Below are positions 23,447-35,108 of a stretch of 64,000 nucleotides of DNA, piece by piece (the first letter of the stretch is position 1; every line of letters begins with the position of its first letter). The stretch covers positions 40,993 to 104,992 of the forward strand of contig CBFHKU010000007.1 in NCBI GenBank assembly GCA_965656495.1, read 5' to 3'. The DNA comes from Coraliomargaritaceae bacterium. GTDB taxonomy: Bacteria; Verrucomicrobiota; Verrucomicrobiia; Opitutales; Coraliomargaritaceae. A program made the position numbers and the translations under genes. The notes below the pieces were generated by a model. The model was not told the origin of the DNA and searched no databases. It saw only the letters and a program-made list of their open reading frames with translations.

Positions 23447-26400
23447 TTATTTCAAAAAGGATCGCGCATTTTGGAAAAGCTTCAGCCAAGGGCCGGCTTC
23501 ACCGGAAAACTGTCCTTCGGGACAATAACTCATCTGTACCGAGCGGAAACAACGCTCCGGATGGGGCATCATGATCGTGACGCGACCATCGGGTGTTGTA
23601 AAAGCGGTTGCTCCTTCAGGTGACCCATTTGGATTGGCGGGGTAGTGCTCCGCCGCTTGACCACTGCCATCGATGTAACGCATGGCGATCAATTCCTTGT
23701 TTCGGCAATTTTCAAAGTTACCAGTCTTTGAGAAATCCGCACGCCCTTCGCCGTGTGCCACCGGAATCGGCAAGAGAGAACCCGACATCCCGGAAAGGAA
23801 AAGACTCGGCGAATCGACGACCGCGACGTTGGAGTAACGGGCTTCGAATTGCTCTGAGCGATTGCGGGAAAATTGCGGCCAGTCCTCCGCGCCGGGAATG
23901 ATGTCCTTGAGTTGCGCGAGCATTTGGCAGCCATTGCAAACCCCCAGGCTAAAACTATCGGGTCGTGCGAAGAAGGCCGCAAATTGATCCTTGAGGCTTG
24001 CGTTGTAGCGTATGGACTTTGCCCAGCCGGAGCCAGCGCCCAGCACATCCCCATAAGAAAAACCGCCGCAGGCGACGAGACCGGCAAAGCGATCCAGACG
24101 CGCGTTGCCGTTGAGCAGGTCGGTCATATGCAGATCCACTGCTTCAAAGCCCGCTCGATCAAAGGCGAATGCCATTTCGTTTTGGCCGTTGGTGCCCTGT
24201 TCGCGCAGAATTGCCATGCGGGGCCTGGAACCTGTGATATTAAATCGCGCCAGATGGGCGGCGCGATCTTCCTCGGGATCGTAGGACGGTTTCACGAGGA
24301 GACCACCATCGGAAGTATCGAGAAGGGCATCAAAGGCCTCTTGGGCACAGTCCGGATTGTCGCGTTTTGCCTGCATGCGGTAGCTGAGTTCAGACCATGC
24401 GCGATTGAGCTCAGGCAGTGGTTTCGAGAAAACCTCGGCGTCGGCTAAATGAATGGCAACGATTTGGGACTCCGTGCTGTGCCCGATGTGATGGCTTACA
24501 CCCGTCAGTCCATGTGCTTCCAGGATGGATTGAACCGCTGCGAGTTCACTCTCCGCAACTTCGATCACGGCTCCCAATTCCTCCGCAAAGAGCGGCGCGA
24601 GTAACTCGCTTTGCTCACCCGAGGGAACGAGGGAATCGAGTGCCAATTTTAAACCTTTGCGTCCGGCAAAAGCCATCTCGGTCACCGTTGCGAGCAGTCC
24701 TCCGTCTGAGCGGTCGTGATAGGACAATAATTTTTCCTGCGCCATCATGGCTTGCATGGCGTCAAAGAAACGTCGGAAGAGGGCAGGGTCATCGAGATCG
24801 GGTACCGCATCGCCGAGTTGATTATAGACTTGTGCCAACGCGCTGCCCCCCAGTCGGTTTTTGCCACCGCCGAGGTCGATTAAGAGCAGATGGCTGGTAA
24901 TCGATTTGAGATTCGGGGTGAGAGTCAGGCGCACATCCTGAACGGGAGAGAAGCCCGTAACGAGCAAGCTCAGCGGTGAAACTTGTTTATGGGAAAGGCC
25001 CTTGCTGTCCTGCCAGGAACTGCGCATCGACATGGAATCCTTACCGACCGGGATGCAAATGCCCAGCGCGGGACACAATTCCATCCCCACTGCCTTGACG
25101 GTGTCGTAGAGATTGGCGTCTTCGCCGCCTTCGCCCGCCGCGACCATCCAGTTCGCAGAAAGCTTGATGTTTCCGATGGCGCCGACATTCGCAGCGGCGA
25201 GGTTGGTCAAGCATTCACCGATCGCGATCCGCCCGGAAGCGGGAGCATTGAGCGCGGCGATGGGAGTGCGCTCGCCCATTGCCATGGCTTCTCCCTGATA
25301 GCTGTCCATCGAGGCAGTGGTCACCGCAACGTCGGCAACCGGAGTCTGCCAGGGGCCCACCATCTGGTCGCGACTGACCATCCCGGTGATACTGCGGTCC
25401 GTGATCGTAATGAGGAAGGTTTTGTCGGCGACTGCGGGGAAACGCAAAACCCGGTCAATGGCGTCATTGAGATCGATGCCCTGTTCGTCTAAAGTGTGAC
25501 TTGCGACGGGCTGGCGATTGACCTCGCGGAGGAGCTTAGGCGTCTTCCCGAGCAAGACATCCATTGGTAGATTGATCGGGGTATTTTTAAAATGAGCATC
25601 ATGTAGGGTGAGCTGACCGTCATCGGTTGCCTCGCCAACCACCGCAAAGGGGCAGCGTTCGCGTTGGCAAAGGGATTCAAAGTCGGGGAGCCGGTCGGCA
25701 TTGACCGCGAGGACGTAACGTTCCTGCGATTCATTGCACCAAATTTCCATGGGGCTCATGCTGCGGTCTTCGTTGTGGATGGCACGCAGATGAAAGCTAC
25801 CGCCCGTGGCTTCAACCAGTTCCGGCAGACCGTTCGATAGTCCTCCCGCGCCGATATCGTGAATCGAGAGCATCGGGTTTTGATCACCCAGCGCGATACA
25901 GGCGTCGATGACTTGTTGGCAACGGCGTTGCATTTCGGGGTTGCCGCGTTGCACGGAATCAAAGTCCAGCGCCTCGGATTGACTCCCCGCCGCAATGGAG
26001 GAAGCTGCTCCGCCGCCGAGGCCGATTTTCATCGCAGGCCCACCTAGTTGGATGATTGCGGCGGTAGGGGGGATCGGTTTCTTGGCAACATGTTCGCGCT
26101 TGAGATTACCCATACCCCCAGCAGCCATGATGGGTTTGTGGTAACCGCGGTGCAAGTCGTTGTGAACGATTTGGAAAGTGCGGAAAAGGCCACAGAGTTG
26201 TGGGCGACCAAATTCATTGCCAAAAGCGGCACCCCCGATTGGACCCTCCAGCATGATATCGAGCGGGCTCGCCATGCGGGAGGGATGTTCCGGAAAGTCC
26301 TTCTCCCAGGGCAGGGGATAGCCCGGAATTTGCAGGTGCGAGGTGATGAAAGCAGCAAGCCCGGCTTTGGGGCGTCCGCCGATACCGGTGGCGCCTTCGT

Positions 26401-27370
26401 CGCGAATTTCACCGCCGACTCCGGTCGCAGCGCCGGGGAAGGGCGAAATGGCAGTGGGGTGGTTGTGGGTCTCGACCTTGCAGAGAATGTCGAGGGTGGT
26501 CGCGGTTTTACGGTAGCGATGCTCGCCGGTGGGATCGACTTCCCACCAATCGCCCTCCGTGCCCTCGAGCACCCCGGAATTGTCTGAATACGCAACAAGC
26601 ACCCCTTCGGGATTCAAGGCATGGGTGTTGCGGATCATTTTGAACAAGGATTGCTCACTGCGCTCACCATCGACGATCCAATCAGCGTTAAAAATCTTAT
26701 GGCGGCAATGCTCAGAATTTACCTGCGAGAACATTACAAGCTCTGCGTCGGTTGGATCGCGACCGATGCGCTGATATGCGTTTGCAAGGTAATCAATTTC
26801 CTCAGCACTCATCGCAAGGCCCCAATCCTTGTTGGCTTGATGCAGGGCTTGCGCACCCTCGGCGAGCAATGGAACGACCCGATGCGCGGCGGGCTCCTGC
26901 TCTGCGAAGAAATCAGAAAGATCCGCGTAGACCGCTTCGGTCATGCGGTCATGCAGGACATTGAGTGCCGCCCCAAGCGCCTCCGCAGTTATGACATTGC
27001 CCGAGCTGTCGAGGAGGCGGTAATGAATGCCGTGCTCAACGCGTTGGATTCCATCGAGGGCGCAATTGCGGAAAATATCGGTGGCTTTTGTGGACCAGGG
27101 AGAGATGGTTCCCTTTCGGGGTGTGACAAAGAAGCCACCCTCGCGCACGAAGGCACCTTCGGCATTCAGGAGCGCCTTGGCGCGTTCCTCGGTTTGCGGG
27201 TCGAGTGCTTTGTCTAGCTGAAGGCAATAGATCGCAACCGCATCAATCGATTCAACCCGCGCCGCTGCGCTGTTGTGGTTCTTGCCGCCTTCGTCATTAA
27301 GCGCCGCAATGAGTGCCTTGAGGCGAAATTCTGAGAGGATGGGTTGGCCCTGAAATAAAGTTGGTCGCAT
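23447..27370 (-). CDS. purL: Phosphoribosylformylglycinamidine synthase (large single-chain form)
   Basis: [40 protein letters not shown]; 1307 aa. Confidence 0.96.
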   Translation of the reverse strand: MRPTLFQGQPILSEFRLKALIAALNDEGGKNHNSAAARVESIDAVAIYCLQLDKALDPQTEERAKALLNAEGAFVREGGFFVTPRKGTISPWSTKATDIFRNCALDGIQRVEHGIHYRLLDSSGNVITAEALGAALNVLHDRMTEAVYADLSDFFAEQEPAAHRVVPLLAEGAQALHQANKDWGLAMSAEEIDYLANAYQRIGRDPTDAELVMFSQVNSEHCRHKIFNADWIVDGERSEQSLFKMIRNTHALNPEGVLVAYSDNSGVLEGTEGDWWEVDPTGEHRYRKTATTLDILCKVETHNHPTAISPFPGAATGVGGEIRDEGATGIGGRPKAGLAAFITSHLQIPGYPLPWEKDFPEHPSRMASPLDIMLEGPIGGAAFGNEFGRPQLCGLFRTFQIVHNDLHRGYHKPIMAAGGMGNLKREHVAKKPIPPTAAIIQLGGPAMKIGLGGGAASSIAAGSQSEALDFDSVQRGNPEMQRRCQQVIDACIALGDQNPMLSIHDIGAGGLSNGLPELVEATGGSFHLRAIHNEDRSMSPMEIWCNESQERYVLAVNADRLPDFESLCQRERCPFAVVGEATDDGQLTLHDAHFKNTPINLPMDVLLGKTPKLLREVNRQPVASHTLDEQGIDLNDAIDRVLRFPAVADKTFLITITDRSITGMVSRDQMVGPWQTPVADVAVTTASMDSYQGEAMAMGERTPIAALNAPASGRIAIGECLTNLAAANVGAIGNIKLSANWMVAAGEGGEDANLYDTVKAVGMELCPALGICIPVGKDSMSMRSSWQDSKGLSHKQVSPLSLLVTGFSPVQDVRLTLTPNLKSITSHLLLIDLGGGKNRLGGSALAQVYNQLGDAVPDLDDPALFRRFFDAMQAMMAQEKLLSYHDRSDGGLLATVTEMAFAGRKGLKLALDSLVPSGEQSELLAPLFAEELGAVIEVAESELAAVQSILEAHGLTGVSHHIGHSTESQIVAIHLADAEVFSKPLPELNRAWSELSYRMQAKRDNPDCAQEAFDALLDTSDGGLLVKPSYDPEEDRAAHLARFNITGSRPRMAILREQGTNGQNEMAFAFDRAGFEAVDLHMTDLLNGNARLDRFAGLVACGGFSYGDVLGAGSGWAKSIRYNASLKDQFAAFFARPDSFSLGVCNGCQMLAQLKDIIPGAEDWPQFSRNRSEQFEARYSNVAVVDSPSLFLSGMSGSLLPIPVAHGEGRADFSKTGNFENCRNKELIAMRYIDGSGQAAEHYPANPNGSPEGATAFTTPDGRVTIMMPHPERCFRSVQMSYCPEGQFSGEAGPWLKLFQNARSFLK

Positions 27371-27457
27371 AGAGTTAGAATCCGTAAAGTTTCAGCTTGG
27401 TAGCCTCCTGCTTTCAGAACAACTCAAATTCAACTTAATGCGGGAAATTTTACGGCT

Positions 27458-28399
27458 TTATGCCTTATTCATCGCGGCAAGCTTGGCGAGGATCGCCTTT
27501 TGGGCATGCAGACGGTTCTCCGCCTGATCAAAAATGATACTTTGGCTGGAATCGAGGACCGCCTGGCTGACTTCCTTGCCCGCGTGCGCCGGTAGACAGT
27601 GCATGAAATAGGCGTCACTTTTGGCTGCTTGCATGAGATCCGCAGTAACTTGATAAGGCGCCATTTCCTTGAGACGCGCCTCCGCCTCGTCCTCATCGCC
27701 CATCGAGACCCACACATCCGTATAAACAACGTCCGCATCGCGCACGGCCTCCGCCGCATCGGTGGTCCAGTGGTAATTGCGCGGAAGGCCATAGGCGTCG
27801 AGAGCGTCGTCCAGTTCTTTGCCGGGCGCGTAGCCCTCGGGGCCCGCCAAGGCGATCTCCATCCCAAAATAGGCGGCACTGATGATCCATGAATTTGCCA
27901 TGTTACAGGCGGTGTCGCCGAGGAAGGCGACCTTTTTGCCATGCAGGCTCGCGATGTCGACTGCCTCAGGCGAATAGCGCTCAAGGAGGGTGAAGAGATC
28001 GGAATACAGTTGGCAGGGATGATTGAAATCGGTGAGTCCGTTCACGATGGGCATGGTGGCGTTCGCGGTGAATCCCTCGATGATGGCGTGATCAAAGGTA
28101 CGAATCACGAGACCGTGCAAATAACGGGACAACACCTTGGCGGAATCCGCGACGCTTTCCCCGCGCCCGATTTGGGTGTTCTGCGCATTCAGGACGATGG
28201 GGAATCCACCGAGTTCGTTGATCCCGACCTCAAAGGAGACACGGGTGCGGGTGCTGCTTTTGTAGAAAAGAAGCCCCCAGGACTGCATGTTCAAACTGGC
28301 GGGACAATTCAGGCGATCCGCCTTGAAGGCCTGTGTCATTTTAAAGACATCCTGCGCTTCATCCAAAGTGAAGTCGGTTTCTTTAAGGAAATGGTGCAT
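27458..28399 (-). CDS. argF: Ornithine carbamoyltransferase
   Basis: SSTRTR, HPCQ, YTDVWVSMG, HCLPA, QAENRLH; start MHHFLKE at 28399. Confidence 0.93.
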   Translation of the reverse strand: MHHFLKETDFTLDEAQDVFKMTQAFKADRLNCPASLNMQSWGLLFYKSSTRTRVSFEVGINELGGFPIVLNAQNTQIGRGESVADSAKVLSRYLHGLVIRTFDHAIIEGFTANATMPIVNGLTDFNHPCQLYSDLFTLLERYSPEAVDIASLHGKKVAFLGDTACNMANSWIISAAYFGMEIALAGPEGYAPGKELDDALDAYGLPRNYHWTTDAAEAVRDADVVYTDVWVSMGDEDEAEARLKEMAPYQVTADLMQAAKSDAYFMHCLPAHAGKEVSQAVLDSSQSIIFDQAENRLHAQKAILAKLAAMNKA

Positions 28400-28436
28400 A
28401 ACAATAAGGTGTTGGAAATCGTGGTTATGATTAAAA

Positions 28437-29621
28437 TTAGGACAGATCGGTGAAAACCTGCTCCAGGATCCGGACACTCTCGCTGAGTTGTTCGGCGGTT
28501 GCGATGAGGGGAGGGAGGAGGCGGATGGTTTGATGACCGGCAGGGACAATGAGCAGCCCCTTTTCCCGCGCCGCCGTGACGACCTCGCTCAACTGATCCC
28601 TTAAACCCAATCCGACCATGAAGCCCTCGCCGCGCAGCTCCGCGATGAGCTTGGGGAATTTGCTGATTAAAGCGTTTAATTCGAGGTGCCAGGCTTGGGA
28701 AACATTCTGAACGTGCTGAAGGAGGTCGTCTTGTTCGATAACATCGAGGACCGCGTGGGCTGCCGCGCATGCCAGCGGGTTCCCGCCAAAGGTTGTCCCG
28801 TGAGAGCCCGGTTGAAAAAGCTCGGCGCAGGATTCCGACATCCAAATCGCCCCAATCGGAAAACCGCCGCCCAGGCCTTTTGCCATTCCAATGGCATCGG
28901 GCTGCACACCGCTCTTTTCGAAGGCGAAGAAGTGACCGGTCCGTCCAATCCCGCATTGAACTTCATCCAGCATCAGCAGCACGCCGCGTTCGGTGCAGAG
29001 TTCGCGCAAGTCTTTCAAAAATTCAGGTTCCGCCGGGAAAACGCCACCTTCGCCCTGTATTGATTCAATGAACACCGCGGCGGTTTGGTCATCCATCGCG
29101 GCTTCGAAACTTTCAATCTTGTTGAGTTCGCCAAATTTAAAGCCATCCAGCATGGGCCGGAATCCGCCTTGAATTTTCTCCTGCGGAGTGGCGGCCATCC
29201 CGCCAAAGGTGCGGCCGTGAAAAGCATTGTTGGCGCAGACGACTCCGTAGCGCGCCCCGTCTTTTCCGCCGGAGGAGGCGCGACCGTGCAGGCGGGCGAG
29301 CTTGATCAAGGCTTCGTTGGATTCGGCGCCGCTGTTGCAGAAAAGAACCCGGCCCGGCCCGGCACGTTCAAGTAGACGGTCGGCAAGCCGCTTTTGCTCG
29401 GGTATACCAAAGAGGTTACTGCAATGCACCAAGGCAGCTGCCTGTTCCTGTACGGATTTGACCCAGACGGGGTGACTGTGCCCCAGAGCGTTGACCGCGA
29501 TCCCGCTGCTGAAATCGAGGTAGCGCTTCCCGGTGGCATCGAACAAATAGACGCCTTCGCCCCGCGCTGCATCAAACGGGGTGGGACCGTAATTCTTGGC
29601 AAGACTGGAATGGTGCGACAT
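28437..29621 (-). CDS. argD: Acetylornithine aminotransferase
   Basis: SGAESNEA, FHGRT, DEVQCGIGRTG, AKGLGGG, HGTTFGGNPLA; arg cluster context. Confidence 0.92.
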   Translation of the reverse strand: MSHHSSLAKNYGPTPFDAARGEGVYLFDATGKRYLDFSSGIAVNALGHSHPVWVKSVQEQAAALVHCSNLFGIPEQKRLADRLLERAGPGRVLFCNSGAESNEALIKLARLHGRASSGGKDGARYGVVCANNAFHGRTFGGMAATPQEKIQGGFRPMLDGFKFGELNKIESFEAAMDDQTAAVFIESIQGEGGVFPAEPEFLKDLRELCTERGVLLMLDEVQCGIGRTGHFFAFEKSGVQPDAIGMAKGLGGGFPIGAIWMSESCAELFQPGSHGTTFGGNPLACAAAHAVLDVIEQDDLLQHVQNVSQAWHLELNALISKFPKLIAELRGEGFMVGLGLRDQLSEVVTAAREKGLLIVPAGHQTIRLLPPLIATAEQLSESVRILEQVFTDLS

Positions 29622-29632
29622 CGGGTAGGGGA

Positions 29633-30523
29633 TTAACTGTTCACAATTTCAGTTCCAACACCTTCATCGGTGAAGATTTCAAGCAGAAGACTGTGGTTTT
29701 GTTGACCATCAATAAAATGGACGCGATGCACGCCGTTGCGCAAAGCTTTTACGGCACTATCTGTCTTGGGAATCATCCCACTGCTAATCGTTCCGTCCGC
29801 AACCAGCGCATCGACCGAATCGGCAGAAATGGATGAAATAAGGGAGTCAGGGTCGTTGACATCCCGCATTAGACCCGGAACGTCGCAGAGATAGACCAGA
29901 CGACGCGCACGCAAGGCACCGGCTACCCGGGCGGCAGCAGCATCGGCATTGGTGTTGTAAATTTGGCCGTCTTCATCGCAAGCAATCGGAGAAATGACGG
30001 GGATAAAGCCGTCATCCATCGCCTTCTTGATAATCTTGGTTTTGACGGTATGGGTTTCGCCAACAAAGCCGAGGTCGAGTTCTTCGCCATCCAAAACGAT
30101 TTTCTTTTTTTCGCAGACCAGCAAGTTGTTGCCGGGAATGCCGAGGGCTCGGGCGTTCTTCCGGGTCAGCAAGTCACAAATATCATAATTGACCGATTTG
30201 TTGAGGGTTTGCTCGACCACCTTGATTGTATCGGCATCGGTAACACGTAGGCCGTGCTCGAAACGCGTCTCCACCTGTGCGGCCTCCAACGCGCGGGAGA
30301 TCGCCTTGCCGCCACCGTGAACCACCACCACCTTGATGCCGGCGGCATGGAGAAAAGCGATGTCGGTGGCGACCCGCGAGCGCACTTCCGGATTCGCGTC
30401 GTCCATAAAGGCGCCGCCGTATTTGACTACAAAAATAGCTCCCCGGAAGCGCTGCAAATAAGGCAGGGCTTCGAGCAAAACGGAGGCCTTGGTGGTGATG
30501 TCGAGTATATGGACGTCGCTCAT
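29633..30523 (-). CDS. argB: Acetylglutamate kinase
   Basis: EALPYLQRF, VKYGG, VHGGG, GLRVTD, NTNAD, GMIPK. Confidence 0.94.
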   Translation of the reverse strand: MSDVHILDITTKASVLLEALPYLQRFRGAIFVVKYGGAFMDDANPEVRSRVATDIAFLHAAGIKVVVVHGGGKAISRALEAAQVETRFEHGLRVTDADTIKVVEQTLNKSVNYDICDLLTRKNARALGIPGNNLLVCEKKKIVLDGEELDLGFVGETHTVKTKIIKKAMDDGFIPVISPIACDEDGQIYNTNADAAAARVAGALRARRLVYLCDVPGLMRDVNDPDSLISSISADSVDALVADGTISSGMIPKTDSAVKALRNGVHRVHFIDGQQNHSLLLEIFTDEGVGTEIVNS

Positions 30524-30542
30524 TGGGTTAAAGATGGCTCGC

Positions 30543-31784
30543 TTATTCGCTTTTGTTGAAATCGACGTAAGCTTCGCTGAGATCAGCGCTTAGAAGCCGA
30601 TAGGATCCGGAGCCGAGATTTAGGTTTATTGTGATCGAGAAACGCGGCTTCGAGACAATCGCCTTCCAATCCGCGATTTTATCATCCTGCGGCACGCCCT
30701 TGATAAGTGCCGGGCAATCATCATAGCTGATGTCGAGTTGTTCGACTTTGAGCCCCACCCGGGCGTAACCCGCCGCATCGGCAAGCCGACCCCAGTTAGG
30801 ATCATTTCCGTACCAGGAAGTCTTAACAAGGAGTGAATTTCCAACCGCCCGCGCGACCTTTTCGGCGTCCGCTTTACTGGGGCAACCCTGCACATTCAAT
30901 TCCACCAGCTTCGTGACTTTTTCGCCGTCACCTACGATTTTTTCCGCAAGCTGTGAACAAACCCGGAGCACCGCATCCGCAAAAGCAAGCCGCACCGCAT
31001 CCTCGCTATCAGTGCTGAGGCTAACCCCGCTTTGACCGTTTGCCATAATGAGGACGCTGTCATTGGTGCTCATGTCGCCGTCCACCGAGATGCAATTGAA
31101 GCTTTGGTCGCAGGCTTCCTTCAGCACGCTTTTTAAATTGGCAGCGTCCGCCTGTAGGTCCGTGACCAGAAAAGCCAGCATGGTCGCCATGTTGGGTTCA
31201 ATCATGCCCGCTCCTTTGGCGATGCCTGCTACCGTGATTTTTTTACCCTCCACTTCAAGGGTAGCGGTTGCGCATTTATTGCGGGTGTCGGACGTTAGAA
31301 TCGCATTTGCGGCATTTTGGGAAGCCGTTGCGTCGGCGGCGAGTTGCTGCGCGGCTTTGCTGATGCCCGCATCAATTCGCATCATCGGCAGCTTTCGTCC
31401 GATACGACCCGTTGAGCAAACGAGGAAGGGTGAGCCGACACCGGTTTGAAGTTGCGCCAAGGTCGACATTTGCTTGGCGTCGAGCATGCCCTGTTCACCG
31501 GTCGCGGCGTTGGCGTTCCCGCTGTTGACCACAATCCCTGCGATACGCTCGCCACTCTTTTCCAGCATTTCCTTACAAAGTAAAACCGGCGCGGCGCACA
31601 GGTCATTGAGCGTAAAGACCCCGGCCGCCGGGCAGGGTGCATCCGCCAGCAGGAGCGCGACATCAAGCCGCTCCTTGTCGCCGTTTTCACGGATGTCAGC
31701 TGCGACCCCCGCCATCTTGAAACCCGGGCAGTCAGACAGGCCGTTCGATTCCTTGAGCAATTCAACTGATGGATTTGCACACAC
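30543..31784 (-). CDS. argJ: Ornithine acetyltransferase / N-acetylglutamate synthase
   Basis: NSGNANAATG, STGRIG, KGAGMIEPNMATML, DGDMSTND, DPNWGR. Confidence 0.94.
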   Translation of the reverse strand: MCANPSVELLKESNGLSDCPGFKMAGVAADIRENGDKERLDVALLLADAPCPAAGVFTLNDLCAAPVLLCKEMLEKSGERIAGIVVNSGNANAATGEQGMLDAKQMSTLAQLQTGVGSPFLVCSTGRIGRKLPMMRIDAGISKAAQQLAADATASQNAANAILTSDTRNKCATATLEVEGKKITVAGIAKGAGMIEPNMATMLAFLVTDLQADAANLKSVLKEACDQSFNCISVDGDMSTNDSVLIMANGQSGVSLSTDSEDAVRLAFADAVLRVCSQLAEKIVGDGEKVTKLVELNVQGCPSKADAEKVARAVGNSLLVKTSWYGNDPNWGRLADAAGYARVGLKVEQLDISYDDCPALIKGVPQDDKIADWKAIVSKPRFSITINLNLGSGSYRLLSADLSEAYVDFNKSE

Positions 31785-31786
31785 GG

Positions 31787-32812
31787 TTAAAAAAGGAGTC
31801 CCTCGGTTTGCTCGAATCCGTATTTGAGATTCATGATCTGCACTGCCTGACCGCTCGCCCCTTTCAGGAGGTTGTCAATCGCGGCGTGCAGGACAAAGTT
31901 CCCGGTCCGTGCATCGTAAACCGCTGAGATATCCGCCCGGTTTGTACCGCTGACGTGTTTGGTATCAGGGAAGACACCGCTTTGCAGAATCCCGACAAAG
32001 GGTTGTTCCGCATAAGCCTTTTCCCAGCTCGCATAGACTTCCGCCAGAGTACCGTTTGCCTTTGCGACGATTGTGGTGGAAATGCCCCGCGTCATCGGCG
32101 CGAGGTGTGGGTTGAACTGAACCACGCAGTCTTTACCGCAAAACGCAGAAAGCTGTTCCTCGATTTCCGACAAGTGCCGGTGCATGGGGGTACCATACGC
32201 GACCATGCTTTCGTTGCGCTCAGCATAGATGAACGATTCCGCGACCTTTTTACCCGCTCCGCTAACGCCACTGTAGCTGTTGATGACAATGCCGGAAATA
32301 TCGATCAAGGCATCCTTCAACAAGGGAACCAGCGGCAACTGCACGCTGGTTGGATAACAACCCGGGCATGCGATCAGGGAAGCATTCTTCCAGTCCCCGT
32401 CGGCTAATTCCGGCAAGACATAAGGTGCGGCGGCGAGCAGATCCGGTGCGGGGTGCGCCTTGCCGTAGTAGGTCTCGTAGAGGGCAGGGGAGTTCAGGCG
32501 AAAATCGGCGCTGAGATCAATGACCACTTTGCCCGCCTCATGGAGGGGTTTGGCAAATTCACTGGCAACACCGTGCGGGAGCGCCAAAAAGAAGAGGTCG
32601 AGATCATCCCGGGCCGCCAGCGCAATGGGGTCCGACCCCTCAAATTTCAAACCACCCAAAAGATGCCGCAGGGCAGGCATGGAATCTGCAACCTTTTCGC
32701 CAACGAGGGTGCGCGAAGTCACTGCCGCCAACTCCACTTGAGGGTGAAGGGCGAGGATTTTGACGAGTTCTACCCCCGAATAACCGGAAGCGCCTATGAC
32801 TGCTGCATTCAT
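31787..32812 (-). CDS. argC: N-acetyl-gamma-glutamyl-phosphate reductase
   Basis: GASGYSG, DLSADFRL, PGCYPT, SGVSGAG, DNLLKGASGQAVQ; start at 32812. Confidence 0.94.
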   Translation of the reverse strand: MNAAVIGASGYSGVELVKILALHPQVELAAVTSRTLVGEKVADSMPALRHLLGGLKFEGSDPIALAARDDLDLFFLALPHGVASEFAKPLHEAGKVVIDLSADFRLNSPALYETYYGKAHPAPDLLAAAPYVLPELADGDWKNASLIACPGCYPTSVQLPLVPLLKDALIDISGIVINSYSGVSGAGKKVAESFIYAERNESMVAYGTPMHRHLSEIEEQLSAFCGKDCVVQFNPHLAPMTRGISTTIVAKANGTLAEVYASWEKAYAEQPFVGILQSGVFPDTKHVSGTNRADISAVYDARTGNFVLHAAIDNLLKGASGQAVQIMNLKYGFEQTEGLLF

Positions 32813-32853
32813 GAAAATTTGAATAATGGGGTTGGGATCAGGAAATGGAAAAC

Positions 32854-32898
32854 AAAAAACCCTCCACTGGCACGTAATGAAACGGCCATGGAGGGTTT
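32854..32898 (-). terminator. Intrinsic terminator-like hairpin between rpsI and argC
   Basis: Minus strand AAACCCTCCA..TGGAGGGTTTTTT stem followed by T-tract. Confidence 0.7.
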
Positions 32899-32928
32899 GC
32901 AAATTTGCGTCCTTGAGCCGCGGCGTGA

Positions 32929-33330
32929 TTAACGCTTGGAGAATTGGAAATTTTTGCGGGCGCCCGGTTGACCGGACTTCTTGCGTTCGCGACCACGGGG
33001 ATCACGCTTCATGTGGCCTTCCTGCTTGAGCGGAACACGGAGTTCTTCGTTCATCTTTTCCAGGGCGCGGGCGATACCGAGGCGAACCGCTCCGGCTTGG
33101 CCGTTCAGACCGCCACCTTTGGCGTTTACCGTGATATCGACTTCTTTTTCCATCTCAACCGTAGTGAGCGGCGAAAGCGCGGCGCGGGTGAAGTCCTCCG
33201 CCTTGAAATAGTCGGCAGGGGACTTACCGTTGATGAGAATCTTGCCGGTGCCGCTGGTAAGGCGCACACGGGCGCTGGCTGTCTTACGACGACCAACGGT
33301 TACAAAGGTGTTTTCTGCAGTTTGGGTCAT
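32929..33330 (-). CDS. rpsI: 30S ribosomal protein S9
   Basis: GRRKTASARV, GGGLNGQAGA, ERKK..ARKNFQFSKR. Confidence 0.97.
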   Translation of the reverse strand: MTQTAENTFVTVGRRKTASARVRLTSGTGKILINGKSPADYFKAEDFTRAALSPLTTVEMEKEVDITVNAKGGGLNGQAGAVRLGIARALEKMNEELRVPLKQEGHMKRDPRGRERKKSGQPGARKNFQFSKR

Positions 33331-33344
33331 GGTTTAAATGTGGA

Positions 33345-33770
33345 TTATACCAAGGGCTTGGGTTGCTGTGCCTGGTAGGGATGATCCGGGCCGGTGTGGA
33401 TCTTGAGCTTTTTAATCATTTGACGGCCTAGTTTGTTGCGTGGAAGCATGCCCTTAACGGCGTGTTCGATGATAAACTCGGGTTTGTTGGCACGCATGTC
33501 TTCCATGGTGATGTGCTTGTCGCCGCCCATCCAGCCGGAGTAGAACATATAGCGTTTGTCGGTGTTCTTCTTGCCGGTGACCTGAATCTTCTCGGCATTA
33601 ACAACCACAACGAAATCGCCGGTATCGGCATGCGGCGTGTAGGTCGGCTTGTGGCGACCACGCAGCACATTGGCGATCTTGACCGAAATACGACCCAGGG
33701 TCTCATCGGCGGCGTCCACAATGTACCACGCTTTGGTGTGGTCAGAACTGGTTGAAAGAGTTGTCTTCAT
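33345..33770 (-). CDS. rplM: 50S ribosomal protein L13
   Basis: WYIVDA, LRGRHKPTYTPH.DTGD, AVKGMLP. Confidence 0.97.
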   Translation of the reverse strand: MKTTLSTSSDHTKAWYIVDAADETLGRISVKIANVLRGRHKPTYTPHADTGDFVVVVNAEKIQVTGKKNTDKRYMFYSGWMGGDKHITMEDMRANKPEFIIEHAVKGMLPRNKLGRQMIKKLKIHTGPDHPYQAQQPKPLV

Positions 33771-33954
33771 TGGTTTTTGGAAAAGCGAAAGAGCAAACTT
33801 CCCGCCGCTGCCCCTGTCAATGCGAATTTATCGCTTTTTCAATATACTTTACGCGATCCACCGAAGGCATGCTTTCTTTAATAACCAAAGATCAAGCACT
33901 GTGAATCATTATTAAACAGGGCAGGGCCTATCCGGATGAACGCTCCAAAATCGT

Positions 33955-33982
33955 ATTAGACATAATATTTATTGTGCATAAT
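33955..33982 (-). other. dif-like XerCD recombination site (probable chromosome dimer resolution site)
   Basis: Minus strand ATTATGCACAA-TAAATA-TTATGTCTAAT; 11-6-11 layout; right arm matches E. coli XerD arm TTATGTTAAAT at 9/11; intergenic; KOPS-like polarity flips here. Confidence 0.8.
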
Positions 33983-34050
33983 AAAAGGATATGCTCAGCA
34001 ATGAGCCTAGGATTGACATTGAGCCACAACTACGGATAGCTACTGGCTTG

Positions 34051-35035
<985 letters not shown>

Positions 35036-35108
35036 TTACTGTAACAAACATACCGTATCTTAATGGATCAATCAAGTCCAGATCGCTGGATAAAACGATA
35101 GTATAACT

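Noticed and set aside
33899..33918. ARG box-like TGTGAATCATTATTAAAC
   Set aside because: Single imperfect copy, upstream of rplM rather than argC, with no tandem partner.
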